64,000 nt of DNA from Octopus vulgaris. Its lineage: Eukaryota. The notes beneath the pieces are model-generated. The model was not told the DNA's origin, did not search any database, and was given only the letters and a program-made list of their open reading frames with translations. The DNA lies in the NCBI GenBank assembly GCA_951406725.2, contig OX597830.1, positions 76,446,001-76,510,000 of the forward strand. The letters are read 5' to 3'. The translations under genes and the position numbers were made by a program. Positions 44,412 to 58,182 of this stretch are shown piece after piece (position 1 is the stretch's first letter; every line of letters starts with the position of its first letter).

Positions 44412-44992
44412 CTTCTTCTTCTTCTTCTTCTTCTTCTTCTTCTTCTTCTTCTTCTTCTTCTTCGTCTTCTTCTTTTGTTTCTTTCTTTTTCTTTTGTGTT
44501 TCTTTTGAATTTCTTCTTCTTTTTCCTCTTGCTCTTTTCCATTTCTTCTTCCTCTTCTTCTCCTTCTTCTTCTTTTGATGCTATTGTTCTTATTTTCTTA
44601 TTTTCTTTTGTTCTTTTTTCTTCTTCTTCTTCTTCTTCTTCTTCTTCTTCTTCTTCTTCTTCTTCTTTTTTTTTTTTTCTTCTGTTTCTTTTTCTTTTCC
44701 TCCTCTTCCCTCTCCTTTAGTTTTTGTTGTTCTGTTTCTTTGTCTTCTTCGCCAGCTCGCCCCTTCCTCTTCCTCCTCTTCCTACCTTCCTACATGGAAC
44801 TCTAACATCTCAGACAGTAACATCAGAACAGCTAGCATGAAATGGTTAACTCTCAGAATCGGTGATGGTGGAGGTGTTATAAAGTGGTGCTGTTTGTTGG
44901 TAATGTGGCAGTATTAGCAGTGAAGCGTGGTGGTGGTGATGGTGGTAGTTGTAGTAGTGTTAGTAGCAGTAACAGTAGCAGCAGTAGTAGTC

Positions 44993-45054
<62 letters not shown>

Positions 45055-45801
45055 GGTGGTGGTGGTAGTGGTGGTGGTAGCGGTGGTAGTGGTAGTGGTT
45101 TCATATTTGTTGTTGTTGTTGTTGTTGTTGCTGCTGTTGTGTTGCTGTTCGACTCAGGCCAACTTATATCAAGGAAAACGATGACTAAAAAGCAATCCTG
45201 TCGTGACCACTTCGTCCTTTGCCTATGTGCATGGAACATAGGACGACGTTATCCAACGCTTCCATTTCTAAGACTTCAGGGTGTGTGATTTAGGGAAGAT
45301 TTAACTGCGATTTCAGCAAAGATAGAGACCCATCGTAGATACCCGTTCTATGTACTATGTACTATCACAACCTCTCAGCAATAAAGGCTGCGATAGTAGC
45401 TGCGGTAGTAGTGATATTGGTGGCATCGAGTTGTTGTTAGTGTTGTTGTTTAGCCCTAGGTTAGCTCGGATCGAGCAGACCTATGATCAAAGATATTGCA
45501 TCTATGACCATTTTGCCTTTATCCTAGATCTAGATATATATGACTGCATTACACAAAGCGTTCTTTCCTGTAGAGGTTCAGGTTTAATTGGAGGCAGGTG
45601 CGGCTGCTATTTCAGTGACCATATCGAGGGATCCTTCGCTAGCCTACGGATGTATTACGGGTGGTGAAGAGGATAGTAAAAACAACGACAACACTGATGA
45701 TGAGGATAGTTACAACGACGACGGCGACGATGATGATGATGATAATGATGGTGATGATGATAACGATGACGATGATTGTCATGAGGATGTTGGCCATGAT
45801 A

Positions 45802-45838
<37 letters not shown>

Positions 45839-45880
45839 CGAGGATAACGACGACGATGGTCATTAGGATGTTGGCCATGA

Positions 45881-45913
<33 letters not shown>

Positions 45914-46512
45914 CGGTTGTGGTAGTGGTAGTGGTGGTAGTTCTGGTGGGGGGGATGGCGTTGATAATGATGGCTATGATGACGATGATCATGATCACGA
46001 AGACTGATGATGGCGACGGCGACGATAGCGGCGTTTGAAATATAATGATATAGATGGAGATGGCGACGATCGTGGATGATGATAATAATGACGATGACAA
46101 TGACGACGGTGACGACGATGGCGACTGCGATAATTTCTACGACGACGCCTATGACGACGACCACCATCACAATGATGATCATATTGATGATAGCGACGAT
46201 GAAGGCGATGGTGATAACATGACGATGAACATTGCGGTGATGATGATGATGAGGAGGAGGAGGAGGGGGAGTAGGAGGAGGGGGAGTAGGAGGAGGGGAA
46301 TATGAAGGATGATGATGATAACTGCTTTTGTTCTTCTTATTGGTCATATGGCTGTTTTGTTCTTGTTGTGGTTGTTGACGTCCCAATATAATTAGCGCGA
46401 TTCCATGTTCCTTGCTGCTCTTTTTTTTTCTGCTGCTGCTGCTGCTGCTGCTGTTGATGCTGGTGTTGGCAGTGACAGTGTCAAGAGGTGCAATGGTGAG
46501 GGTGAATATGCC

Positions 46513-46547
<35 letters not shown>

Positions 46548-46580
46548 CAACAACAACAACGAAACAATGATAATAATAAC
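43860..46580. repeat. Mosaic trinucleotide low-complexity region (GAT/GGT/GTT/CTT/GTA/GAC)
   Basis: Directly visible; similar blocks at 51800-52365, 52490-53380, 61087-61710. Confidence 0.9.
45140..45640 (-). mobile_element. Two diverged copies of a further short repeat (family E)
   Basis: TTTAGCCCTAGG..GATCGAGCAGACCTATGATCAAAG..ATGACCA..GGCTGCTATTTC at 45450-45615, a colinear weaker copy at 45150-45320; related words near 2870-2930, 8957, 33433, 60510; orientation inferred from (CAA)n-like tail. Confidence 0.45.
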
Positions 46581-47036
46581 AGCAACCACGTTCGTTTTTG
46601 TGATCAGACATTTTGCATCCATCACCTTATTCCAAACAAAGGAATTCCGAAGAGGACACACAGACAGACAGACAGTCAAACAGCCTGTCAGAAAGGCACA
46701 CTTGTCAGTGATAGAGCAACGGAGAATAGCAGAGAGACAGTAGAGAGAGAAGGGAATGCAAAGACATACGCACACATACGCGCGCACGCGTGCACACACA
46801 CACATACACACACACAAACAAACACACTCACACACACAGAGGTATATATATGCATGTATATATATATGCATATACATGTACACACATACATCCATACATA
46901 AATGTGCATACATGTGCCCACACACATCCGCACGCCTATATACACGCATACATACATATACGCTCACCCGTATGTACATGTATTCATATGCACACACAAA
47001 TACACATTCAATACACATACATACACACACACAAAA

Positions 47037-47099
<63 letters not shown>

Positions 47100-47211
47100 G
47101 CACACGCTAACATATACAACATTGACATACTCAGATTATGTACATATATTTTTACATATACACATTGCTACATACACACATACATACATACGCGTACACG
47201 CACGCACGCAT

Positions 47212-47317
<106 letters not shown>

Positions 47318-47320
47318 GCC

Positions 47321-47505
47321 ATGATAGATCGCTAGCCACTAAAACTTTTCTAATTTTCTCCCCCTGTTTATTTCCGTGTTCCTTTCTGTCGAAGAGCGTA
47401 GACTCGAAACGTAAACGACTCTCACTTCCTGAGCGTTAAACTAATACATCTGCTTGTTGTTTACACACCCGTCTTCGTCTTTTGTCTTTTTGTAAATTCT
47501 CACTG
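47321..47505 (+). mobile_element. Single hammerhead-bearing module (copy of 29899-30095)
   Basis: ATGATAGATCGCTAGCCACTA..CTTT-CTGTCGAA-GAG-CGTAGA-CTC-GAAA-CG-TA (47382-47413)..TTCCTGAGCG..CTAATACATCTG..GTCTTCGTCTTTTG. Confidence 0.8.
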
Positions 47506-47552
47506 TACTCAGACACACACGCACACACACAAGCACACACACACACGCGCAT

Positions 47553-47583
<31 letters not shown>

Positions 47584-47792
47584 CAAATATATATAAAACA
47601 CATATACATATCACGCATACACACATAGGGACACACAAACACACATATATACACAGAAATATGTTCAACACGCACATGCTCACAGACATAAACATACATA
47701 GATATATACATACATAAGCATATGTGTGTGTGTGTGTATGTGTTTGAGTGTGTATATTCTTTGTGCTTTCAATGAAACATCATACAAAAGAA

Positions 47793-47867
<75 letters not shown>

Positions 47868-47873
<6 letters not shown>

Positions 47874-48348
47874 CTCTATTCCTTGGAGCGTAGGCGAGAA
47901 AGATATGCCATAATATACATCTGGAAGATCCTGGAAGGACTTGTCCCAAACTTTGGCATCGAGAGTTACACAAATGCCAGAACTGGACGCCACTGCGTGG
48001 TGCCAAGGACTCCAAATTTGCCATCAAGATGTAGGACAAGATACTGTGATAGCCTGGGCTTCAGAGGCCCAAAGCTCTTCAATATCCTCCCGAAGAACCT
48101 GAGGGACCTGCATGGGGTGGATGCGGATGTCTTTAAAGTAGGACTGGATCTCTTCCTGTCAGGTGTCCAGGATGGACCAACTTCACGGCAGGAGGTGCAG
48201 ATGAGGGCAGCTGCATCAAACTCTCTCATGCACCAAATGGCAGTTGCTAAAAAGCATTCGTGAGGTAAAATCATGTAGCAACACCAAATGGCGGTGCCCC
48301 AGCATGGCCACAGCTCAAGAGCTGAAACTGGAAAACATAACAAAACAT

Positions 48349-48350
<2 letters not shown>
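47868..48350 (+). mobile_element. CR1-type LINE ORF2 C-terminus and 3'UTR in (TA)n
   Basis: LKLYSLERRRERYAIIYIWKILEGLVPN..GPKLFNILPKNLR..FKVGLDLFL, open to TGA at 48261-48263; tail hairpin CAGCTC-AA-GAGCTG then (AAAACATAAC)2. Confidence 0.88.
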
Positions 48351-48405
<55 letters not shown>

Positions 48406-48674
48406 GAAAAACAAAAGAATTAGCGAATTAAGGAAAGAAGGAACGATATGATCAATGAATAACCGAAAGAAGGAAATAATAAAAGTAATGAATGAGCGGG
48501 GAAGAAATTTGAAAGAATTCAGAAACGAGCAGAGAAATATCCGGGTGGAAACTTTTAGAAGTGGCCAGGGTGGGAAATAGATAAAGATTCACATTTTATC
48601 CTTTAATTGTTTCAGGCATTGTACTGCGGCCATACTGGGGCACTGGCTTGAAGGGTTATATCGAACAGATTAAG

Positions 48675-49150
48675 ATGATGGAGATCCATGCTATGATCTT
48701 TAATTCCGATTTCTTTTCTCCCATTTTTTTGCCTCACCTCCTGGATACAACATTTCTTGCCTGATCGTATTCCATTATGGTTTAAATATACTTGGTAATT
48801 CTTGTCAAAAATTGTATTCTGTTCTGCGCATCACGGATGCTTGTATCAAATACTGTTTTACAAATCCTTTTGGCTTGGTTATAAGGGGCATTTATTCTGG
48901 TGTCCCTTGGATGGCATGAATTTAATGAAAGATATTGTGAGGAGTCCGTTGGATTAGAGAAAATATCCGTCTCTGTTTGGTTATTGGCTCTCTTTAGAAG
49001 GATGTCTAAAAATAGATGGCTTTTGAAATATTCCATGATGAATTGAATATTTGTATTAATTCTCTCCAATTCTATTAGTCTCCACATGCTTTCATTCCTT
49101 TGAATGAAGCAATCGTCCGGTTACTTTTTTAGTTTTCCCGTATGTATGAG
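48675..49150 (-). mobile_element. Penelope-like retroelement RT/thumb relic
   Basis: PDDCFI (degenerate YxDD)..NTNIQFIME..FLDILL..TDIFSNPTDSSQYLSLNSCHPRDTRINAPYNQAKRIC; frameshifted. Confidence 0.8.
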
Positions 49151-49899
49151 AGACAGTGTTTCCACAATTTCCCGTATTTTTTAGAAGAAAATGTCTTGGT
49201 AGCCCATGGTTCGATCAAAAAAGGAAGAGTTGCTTTTCGTTCTCATGCAGCCCCAGATGGTTTTCGAATAAACTTGTTATTGAATTTGAATTAATTATTT
49301 CTTACGTTGAACTTTACAAAGGAAATACCAAAACGTTCGCACGTGTGAACACATATTTGTGTGAAATATGGACTGTATATTTTATTATTGTTTTTAGATC
49401 TGGCGTCGATGATTTTCTTAGTCATAACTGCATTACCATGACCATCTGAGACCAATTATAATGCGCACTAACAACTTGATATGGTAACAATAATTTCATT
49501 CTGATGAAGAGGTCGAAAAAGTTTTGAAATATTAACAAATATGTGAATCTAGGAACGCAGTTGATCCTAGATAAACAAAAAGGAACTAAAAGGAACTAAA
49601 AAGAACTAAAAATGCAAAATTTTAAACACGAATATAATCATTTTTTTAATATAAAACACACACACATGTATACATAACACACATACACACATTTAATATA
49701 TATACATTTGCACTTATGTATGCATAAATGTATACATGTGTCTATGCATGGCGGACTTTTGCGCAGTTCCCGACTACCGAACATTTTATTCAGAAACCTT
49801 AAGTCAAAACGAGGCTGCAGTAGAAGAAACATACCCCATGTGGTGCGCAGCCCTTTTCGTTGGGAACTTCTTAATCACACGGCCATGCTAGTTGAAGGA

Positions 49900-49988
<89 letters not shown>

Positions 49989-50242
49989 TATAATCATCAT
50001 TATTATCATTATTATTATTATTATTTTATTATTAATGTTATTATTTGGTATTCATTTATTTATTTTTCATACAGAGACGACGTCTTAATTAAAACCGCCA
50101 TTACGCTACAAAGATTTATTTCGCTGACAGATGGAATATGCTGTGTATGTGTGTGTGTGTGTGCATGTATATATATACATATGTATCTATGTACTCATGT
50201 ATGTGTGTATATTTTCCTGCACATGTGTGTGTGTGAGCATGC

Positions 50243-50300
<58 letters not shown>

Positions 50301-50498
50301 GAGTGTAGGGAGTATATGTGTGGTGTGTGTATATAAATGAGTATTAATGTTATATTGGTGAGAATAAATATATGAATATATGAATAAATAATACTTGATA
50401 GAGGGCGCTGGATGCAACAAATCATACTTGATATCCAGCAAAATGGGAAAGTAGAGTAACGCTCTTTGCAAGAGTTAAATTGCGTGTGTTTATAGACG

Positions 50499-50547
<49 letters not shown>

Positions 50548-50601
50548 AGAGAGTTATATATAGAAAGAAATGGAGTCAGAGAGAGAGTGACAAAGATAAA
50601 G

Positions 50602-50664
<63 letters not shown>

Positions 50665-50759
50665 CGACGTGTATATGCGTTGAGTGTAACTGTGATATGT
50701 TTGCGTGTTGTTTGTGTTGTATTTATTCAGCTATCTATGTAACTCTCTCTTTTTCCTTC

Positions 50760-50868
<109 letters not shown>

Positions 50869-50923
50869 GATTGATTGATTGATTGATTGATTCTAGTTTC
50901 AGCTTATGAGCTGTGGCCATGCC

Positions 50924-50966
<43 letters not shown>

Positions 50967-50999
50967 CATGTATATATATATATATTATATATATGCATG

Positions 51000-51035
<36 letters not shown>

Positions 51036-51036
51036 C

Positions 51037-51068
<32 letters not shown>

Positions 51069-51070
51069 GC

Positions 51071-51140
51071 AGGGAGAGTTTACGAAAAAAACAAAAGACG
51101 AAGACAGTTGGTGTACAAAACAAACAGATGTATTAGTATA
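51071..51140 (-). mobile_element. 3' tail fragment of the hammerhead-bearing module in (TA)n
   Basis: Reverse complement TATACTAATACATCTGTTTG..GTACACCA..TGTCTTCGTCTTTTG matches 30028-30092. Confidence 0.8.
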
Positions 51141-51172
51141 TATATATATGTATGTATATATATATACATATA

Positions 51173-51207
<35 letters not shown>

Positions 51208-51962
51208 GTACAGAACGGGATTCTCCAGCTTTATTTTAGCAGAGATGAGTAAAACAAATTTAAGTAATACAACACACACATATAGGTGCACGCGCACACA
51301 TACATACACACACATACATACACACACATATCTACACACACGTACACACATATACGCATATAAATACATATATACATAAATTCCATCTCCAGACTCACAG
51401 ACACAACCCCCACACACACACTCACAAATATAGATATGAATTAGAGAGAGGGAGAGAAATAAAGAGAGAGAGAGAGAGAGAATGGGAGAGAGAGAGAGTG
51501 AGAAAATGAGAGTAAAGGTGAGAGAGAGAGAGCAATTTAAATAAGAATGTGGCATAGAATAAGAGGAGTATTAGTGGGAGGGAGATGTACGCCGATTACA
51601 AAGTTGGGGTGAGAAAATTTGATGGTGTTTGGGTACATATTAGATATGTAGGATATGATATAGTGTTGGTAGGAGTGCTCGGTGGACCCGAAGATCGCGG
51701 GAGGGTAGTTGAACAATGGAACGGCAAAGACATTAAGAACGTCAACAGCGAAAACTACAGTGGGAAAGACCTCATCATAGGAAAGGCTAATACTGATAAC
51801 GTGGATGGAGGTGGTGGAGTTTATGATGTTGTTGTTGCTGTTGTTGTTGTTGGTGGTGGTGGTGGTTGTGGTTGTCGGTGGTAATGTTGCTTCTACTAAT
51901 GGAGATGGTGATGTTGCTGATGGTCATGCTAATGATGATGATGGTGATGATGATGGTGGCGA

Positions 51963-51996
<34 letters not shown>

Positions 51997-52160
51997 GGTG
52001 ATGATGGTGATGATGATGATGTTGGTGATGATGGTGGTGGTGGTGGTGGTGATGATGGTGGTAATGATGATGTTGGTGATGCTGCTGCTGATGGTGGTGA
52101 TGATGGTGATGATGAGGATGAAGATGATGATGGAAGAGGTGGCAATGTTGATATTGATGG

Positions 52161-52201
<41 letters not shown>

Positions 52202-52857
52202 ATAAGGAAAAGGACGACAAAGTGGATAGCATTGTGACGATAATGACAACGAAGTTAATACCACAGCTGTTGCCGCTGCTGCTGTTACTAAAATTACTGC
52301 TCCTGTTACTGTAGTTGGTGCTGTTGATGATGATGATGATGAGGAGGATGATGAGGATGATGATGTGAGTAAGAAATCATTAAAAATGTCCGATATTTGC
52401 CCTAATTAATCCGGATCCTGGACACCCATCACTGCCTTTCTTACAAAATGAAGAATCTACGCCACCAGCTTCAACGTTACACTACAGTGACCATCACCAT
52501 CGACAACACCAAAACAGCCCCTGAACCCCTATCATGACCTTCAACTCGTGTATAACACCGCCGCCATCGGTAACTCCGTCGTCGCTATCGTTAAAACTGG
52601 AACTACCATGAACGTCACCAGCAGCAACGTTTAACAAAATTACCGTCAGCACCAACAACACTACCACCACCATCACCATCACCACCACCATCACCACCAC
52701 TTTCACAAGAACAACAACAGCACCAACGCCACTCTCATGTCTACCTCCACTACCACCACCACTTCCACGACAGCAACCACCAAATCCACCACCAACACCA
52801 ACTCCACCACCAACACCAACTCCACCACCAACAGCAGCACCACTACCACTCCACTAT

Positions 52858-52908
<51 letters not shown>

Positions 52909-53015
52909 CACCACTACCACCACTATGCTGCCGCTACCACCACAAATACCACTACCATCACAACACCATCACCACCACTATTACTGCCACCACTACCACA
53001 AACACTACGACCACA

Positions 53016-53077
<62 letters not shown>

Positions 53078-53411
53078 TAACACCACTACCACCACAAATA
53101 CCACCACCACTATCACCACCACAACAACTATCACCACTACTATCACCGCCACCATCACCACCACTACCACCAATACCGCTGCCACTACCACCACAACTAG
53201 CACCACCACTATCACCACCACTACAACTACCACCACCATCACCACCACCACCACCACCACACACCACTTCCACCACTACTACCACTATTACCACCAACAT
53301 CTTCACAATCACTACTGCCACCACCTTTACCAACATTCAACACCACTATTATGATCTTCACCAGCACCATCGTCAGAAGGAACAGCATCACTTTCCTGAC
53401 CATTTCCACCG

Positions 53412-53562
53412 CTTTTGCCGAACCGCTAAGTTACGAGGACGTAAATACACCAGCATCGGTTGTCAAGCGATGCTGTGGGGACAAACAGACACACAAACAC
53501 ATACACACACACATATACATACACACACACACACTCACTCTCTCTCTCTCTCACACACACAC

Positions 53563-53613
<51 letters not shown>

Positions 53614-53821
53614 AACATATACATACACATACATATATATATATACATATATACATATGTACGACGGGCTTCTTTCAGTTTCCGTCTACCAAATCCACTC
53701 ACAAGGCTTTGGTCGGCTCGAGGCTGTAGTAGAAGACACTTGCCCGAGGTGCCACGCAGTGGGACTGAACCCAAGACCATGTGGTTGGTAAGCAAGCTAC
53801 TTACTACACAGTCACTCATGC
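53412..53821 (-). mobile_element. Family A SINE lacking the 3' tail
   Basis: High identity to 31722-32003 with an expanded internal microsatellite. Confidence 0.9.
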
Positions 53822-54456
53822 AACTGTGAATCTTGCTCCATTTTCGTCCTCTACATTTTCTACGCATTTTCCAAATTCATATTTATTGTAACTGCGATAA
53901 GTCCAAAAGCTGTTTCCTTAGTAGCGAGGGGAGATTTGTCTTCACAGGATTACAATATGAAAGAACTCTATCGTTTACATTTGTGTAGGAGTTTTTAACG
54001 ACAATGTTGTCCCAGTCGCTTTATTCCTAATCATTTAAATGTTTGGGACAATTTCTTTTTTTAACTCTTCATTGTGTTGTTGATTTCCTTCTTCCTCTTG
54101 TACATTTACTTGTGTATTTTGATTTTAAGCTATGTTTATTTTCTATAGCCATTGTAATGCATTGCAGTGTGATATAATAGTCTGATGTAGTCATTTTGGA
54201 TTTTAAAATATATTGGGGGTAAATAAAAGTTTTAAAAGTTTGTACAAGCTTCGTTTGTTCTGCCTATCGTCGACTTTTTTTTTTCACATGTGCTCTTTTT
54301 AGGAATTTTTTTTTTTTTCACATGTGCTCCAATGAAAATTTCCTTTGGTAATGCATGAAAAAACCTAGACTTGAAGACAGAATCAAAAAGATCTCTTCAC
54401 ACTACGGAAGTCAAAATGATGGTACAGTTCTATATTTAAGAGATGAGGAATTATGT

Positions 54457-54615
54457 ACATTAATTACATTATTTACATTCGACGGATATTTGTCCTCATC
54501 TTCTTTGTTGTTAACACAACTTTCGGCTGATATACTCTCCAGCCGTCTTCAGGTGTCTTTCCCCAAGACAAGATGAGGACAAATATCCGTCGAATGTAAA
54601 CAATGTAAATAATGT
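54457..54615. repeat. Inverted repeat enclosing a hammerhead-like motif
   Basis: Perfect 31-bp arms 54472-54502 and 54570-54600, plus 15 bp with 2 mismatches. Confidence 0.92.
54514..54556 (-). ncRNA. Minimal type-I hammerhead-like motif
   Basis: Minus: ACAC-CTGAAGA-C-GGCTG-GAGAGTATAT-CAGCC-GAAA-G-TT-GTGT; the C of the ACGT palindrome is absent. Confidence 0.65.
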
Positions 54616-54747
54616 TCAAAATGATGGTGATGATAATAATGATGATGGTGATGATGATGATGAGGAGGAGGATAACAGCAGCGGCAGCAACAACAACGAT
54701 AAAAATGACGACGACGACGACGACGACAACAACAACAAGAATAATAA

Positions 54748-54946
54748 TGGTTTCAAATTTTGGCACAAGGCCAGTAAGTTTGGGGGAGATGGTAACTCAA
54801 TTATATCGATCCCCAGTGCTTAACTGGTTTTTATTTTATCGACCCCAAAAGAATGAAAGGTAAAGTAGACCTCGGAAGAATTTGAACTCAGAACGTAATG
54901 CCACTAAGCATGTAGTCCGACGTGCTAACGATTCTGCCAGTTCGTC
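54748..54946 (-). mobile_element. Family B SINE
   Basis: TTTATCGACCCC..GACCTCGGAAGAATTTGAACTCAGAACG..GATTCTGCCAG. Confidence 0.85.
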
Positions 54947-54950
54947 TTCA

Positions 54951-55014
<64 letters not shown>

Positions 55015-55043
55015 TGATGATGTTGATGATGATGATGACGATT

Positions 55044-55079
<36 letters not shown>

Positions 55080-55084
55080 TTAAT

Positions 55085-55124
<40 letters not shown>

Positions 55125-55146
55125 GTAATAATAATAATAATAATAA

Positions 55147-55698
55147 ATGCCCTGATGTAGTACCAGGCATTGGCTCTCATTGCTTCTGATCTTAACTGAT
55201 TGGAAGTGTTATCATGTACATTGTTTTGTCTTGGTTTAAAAGATGGGCTACAGCAAATATCTTGCTCAGTACCACAGATTTGTTTGTCAGTTGTTTGACC
55301 TTAACAAGTTGACCATGTCCCTTAGTGGCTGACGATATGTGCATCTCTGATCACGAGCAGAAGTAGTTGGGGAGCATCATAGCTGTATGTTGAAAGGAAT
55401 TCTTAGAGGTTTGGATAATTCACCATTGGAAACGTGTGTTTTGTTCATCATCCTTAAACAACCCTTATTCGGGGGGAATATGTGTGGGATGGGCTACTCG
55501 ACCTGAAGACAATTTTAACTGGGCTCCCACCTGAAAGGTCATGCGCTGTTTATCTTGATATGAGATCACTACGTCGCTCACATAGTTGTGATGCATGTGC
55601 CTGGTGTACCCTTATCAGCCGGGTAGTCACGAGGGTTATATTGGGCCTCGTATATTTTACCTCAGTGTCACTTTGATAGCATGTACTGCTCTCTCACC
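55147..55698 (+). mobile_element. 552-bp non-coding insertion inside a (TAA)n array
   Basis: Sharp boundaries with (TAA)n on both sides, no credible ORF or pol III boxes, 5' hairpins; orientation inferred. Confidence 0.6.
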
Positions 55699-55699
55699 A

Positions 55700-55746
<47 letters not shown>

Positions 55747-55767
55747 TAATAATAATAATAATAATGA

Positions 55768-55986
55768 TAATCCTTTCTACTGGAAGTACAAGGCCTCAAA
55801 TTAGGTGGAAGGGAAGAAGTCGATTATATTTACCACAATGCGTAACTGGTACTTATTTAATCGACCCTCGAAAGGATGAAAGGCAATGTCAACCTCGGCG
55901 GAATTTGAATTCAAAATATGGCGACGGTCGAAATACCGCTAAGCATTTCGTCCAGCGTTGTAAGGATTCTGCTAACTCACCGCTTT
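55768..55986 (-). mobile_element. Family B SINE (short tail)
   Basis: CTGGTACTTATTTAATCGACCC..CCTCGGCGGAATTTGAA..CTCACCGC. Confidence 0.85.
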
Positions 55987-56004
55987 AATAATAATATTGA
56001 TAAC

Positions 56005-56063
<59 letters not shown>

Positions 56064-56172
56064 TAATAATAAGGATAATAATAATAATAACAATAATAAT
56101 AACAATAATAATAATAATAACAATAATAATAATGATAATAATAATAATAACAATAATAATAATATTAACAAC

Positions 56173-56231
<59 letters not shown>

Positions 56232-57694
56232 TAATAATGATAATAATAATAATACTGTGGAGAATTATGGGATAATAGCTCTGCCCTTACGGTGCTGTTG
56301 ACAGATTCATATATTTTGCTAACGTCATTTTTCACGATTAACCCTTTAGAAGGTCGTATTCGCCTTGTTACTGAAATATCAAGGACAGACTATGAAGGAT
56401 AAAGAAAGATGGCAATATTGTTATGGAGAAAAGGAAGAGGATATTATTGGGTTGAGATATAATAAACGGTCGAGGTCCCTAGTGTTAAGATACGTGAACG
56501 AATAGATCAATAAACGGAATAGAATACACACACACACAAATAAAGAAACAAAGATGAGTGTGTATACATAGGACTGATAATCACAACCATCCGTTGATAC
56601 AAAGATGCATGCATGCGCACACACACCCATACGCACACAAACACACACATACACATGCATATATGTGAAGAGAGCGAAAGAGAAGAAGAAAGAAAGGGAG
56701 AGAGAGAGTGAGACACAGAGAGAGTGAGACGAGGAGAGAAAGAGAGAGAAAGATTATTTCTAATTTTGATTGCATGAAATATTGTTAATCTTAAATAGCA
56801 GATTTAAGCAAGAGGACAATATATCTCCGGGATGTAAGTTATCAAGAATTATATGCTTTCATTTGTGAACAATATTGCTTCCCTCAAGACCATTATCTAT
56901 CCATCTATGTATCTATCCATCTAACTATCCATCCATCCATCTATCCATGTATCTATCTATCTATCTAGCACCATCCATTCATCCATCCACCCATTTATTT
57001 ATCTCTATCCATGTGTCCACCTATAGATCCATTCCTCAATCCGTCCGCCCTTCTACTTACGAGAGTATGTACGTGTGTGTGTGCGTGCGTGTATGTGTGT
57101 ATGTGTGTGTGTGTGTGTATGTGTATGTGTGTGTGAATACATACATACATACACACATGCATACATACGGGTGTGTTTCAATATTGTGAATGATGGAGTC
57201 AACCAAGTTTGTGATCTTCCTAGAGTTGGTGTAAGAGGTGCAACCATTCTTGCAAATCTCTAACGTTGTGTTTCAAATAAAACCCATCAAGATCCAAATA
57301 TGTGGCAACTATATATCTGACGAATATATTTCAGGTGGCATAACCAAATCATTAGCGCTGAATTAGCAAGACGATACCATTAAGTAGACAAGGTATGCAT
57401 ATAAAGCAAGAGAGAAAAAACGTGGGCCTGAACTTTGTATTCATTTAATTGATGGTACTCCTTTCATTTTTTACGTGTGTTTCAGTAGCGGGTACTGAAA
57501 CATACGTAACAGATAACATAAAGAAATATGAAACTCAATGGAAGTAGTATCAAGCTCAAGCCCATGTTCTGTTCTCTTATTACACACATATATGCATATA
57601 CATACATACGTACATACAGACAAATGTACATATAAACATACATACAGACAAACATAAATATATATATATATGCGTGTGTGTGTTTGTATTTATG

Positions 57695-57797
<103 letters not shown>

Positions 57798-57823
57798 AGA
57801 TACACATTAATGTGTTTGTGCGA

Positions 57824-57877
<54 letters not shown>

Positions 57878-57901
57878 ATGTATATTTATTTTTAAATTCT
57901 G

Positions 57902-58100
57902 TCTTTTATTTGTTTCAATCAACTGACTGCTGCCATGCTGGGGTACGGCCTTGAAACATTTTAGAGGAACAAATCGAGCCTGAGACATTTTTTAAAACCC
58001 AGAACTTATTTCATGGGTTTCTTTTGCCGAACTTCTTAGTTATAGGGGCGGAAACACACCAACAGCGGTTGTCAAGCGGTATTGGAAGAAAAACAGACAC
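57902..58100 (-). mobile_element. Family A SINE 3' half
   Basis: TGTTTCAATC..GCCATGCTGGGG..CTTTTGCCGAAC..GGTTGTCAAGC. Confidence 0.75.
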
Positions 58101-58182
58101 AAAGTCATACACAAATAGATGACTACATACACACACACACACGCACACACACATATATATATATGTATGTATGTATGTATAT

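Noticed and set aside
49492-49530. CTGATGAAGAGGTCGAAA near the Penelope relic
   Set aside because: Stem II too short to form and stem III does not pair; antisense to the RT relic
52737-53354. Thr-rich mucin-like ORF
   Set aside because: (ACC/ACT)n mosaic open in multiple frames and on both strands
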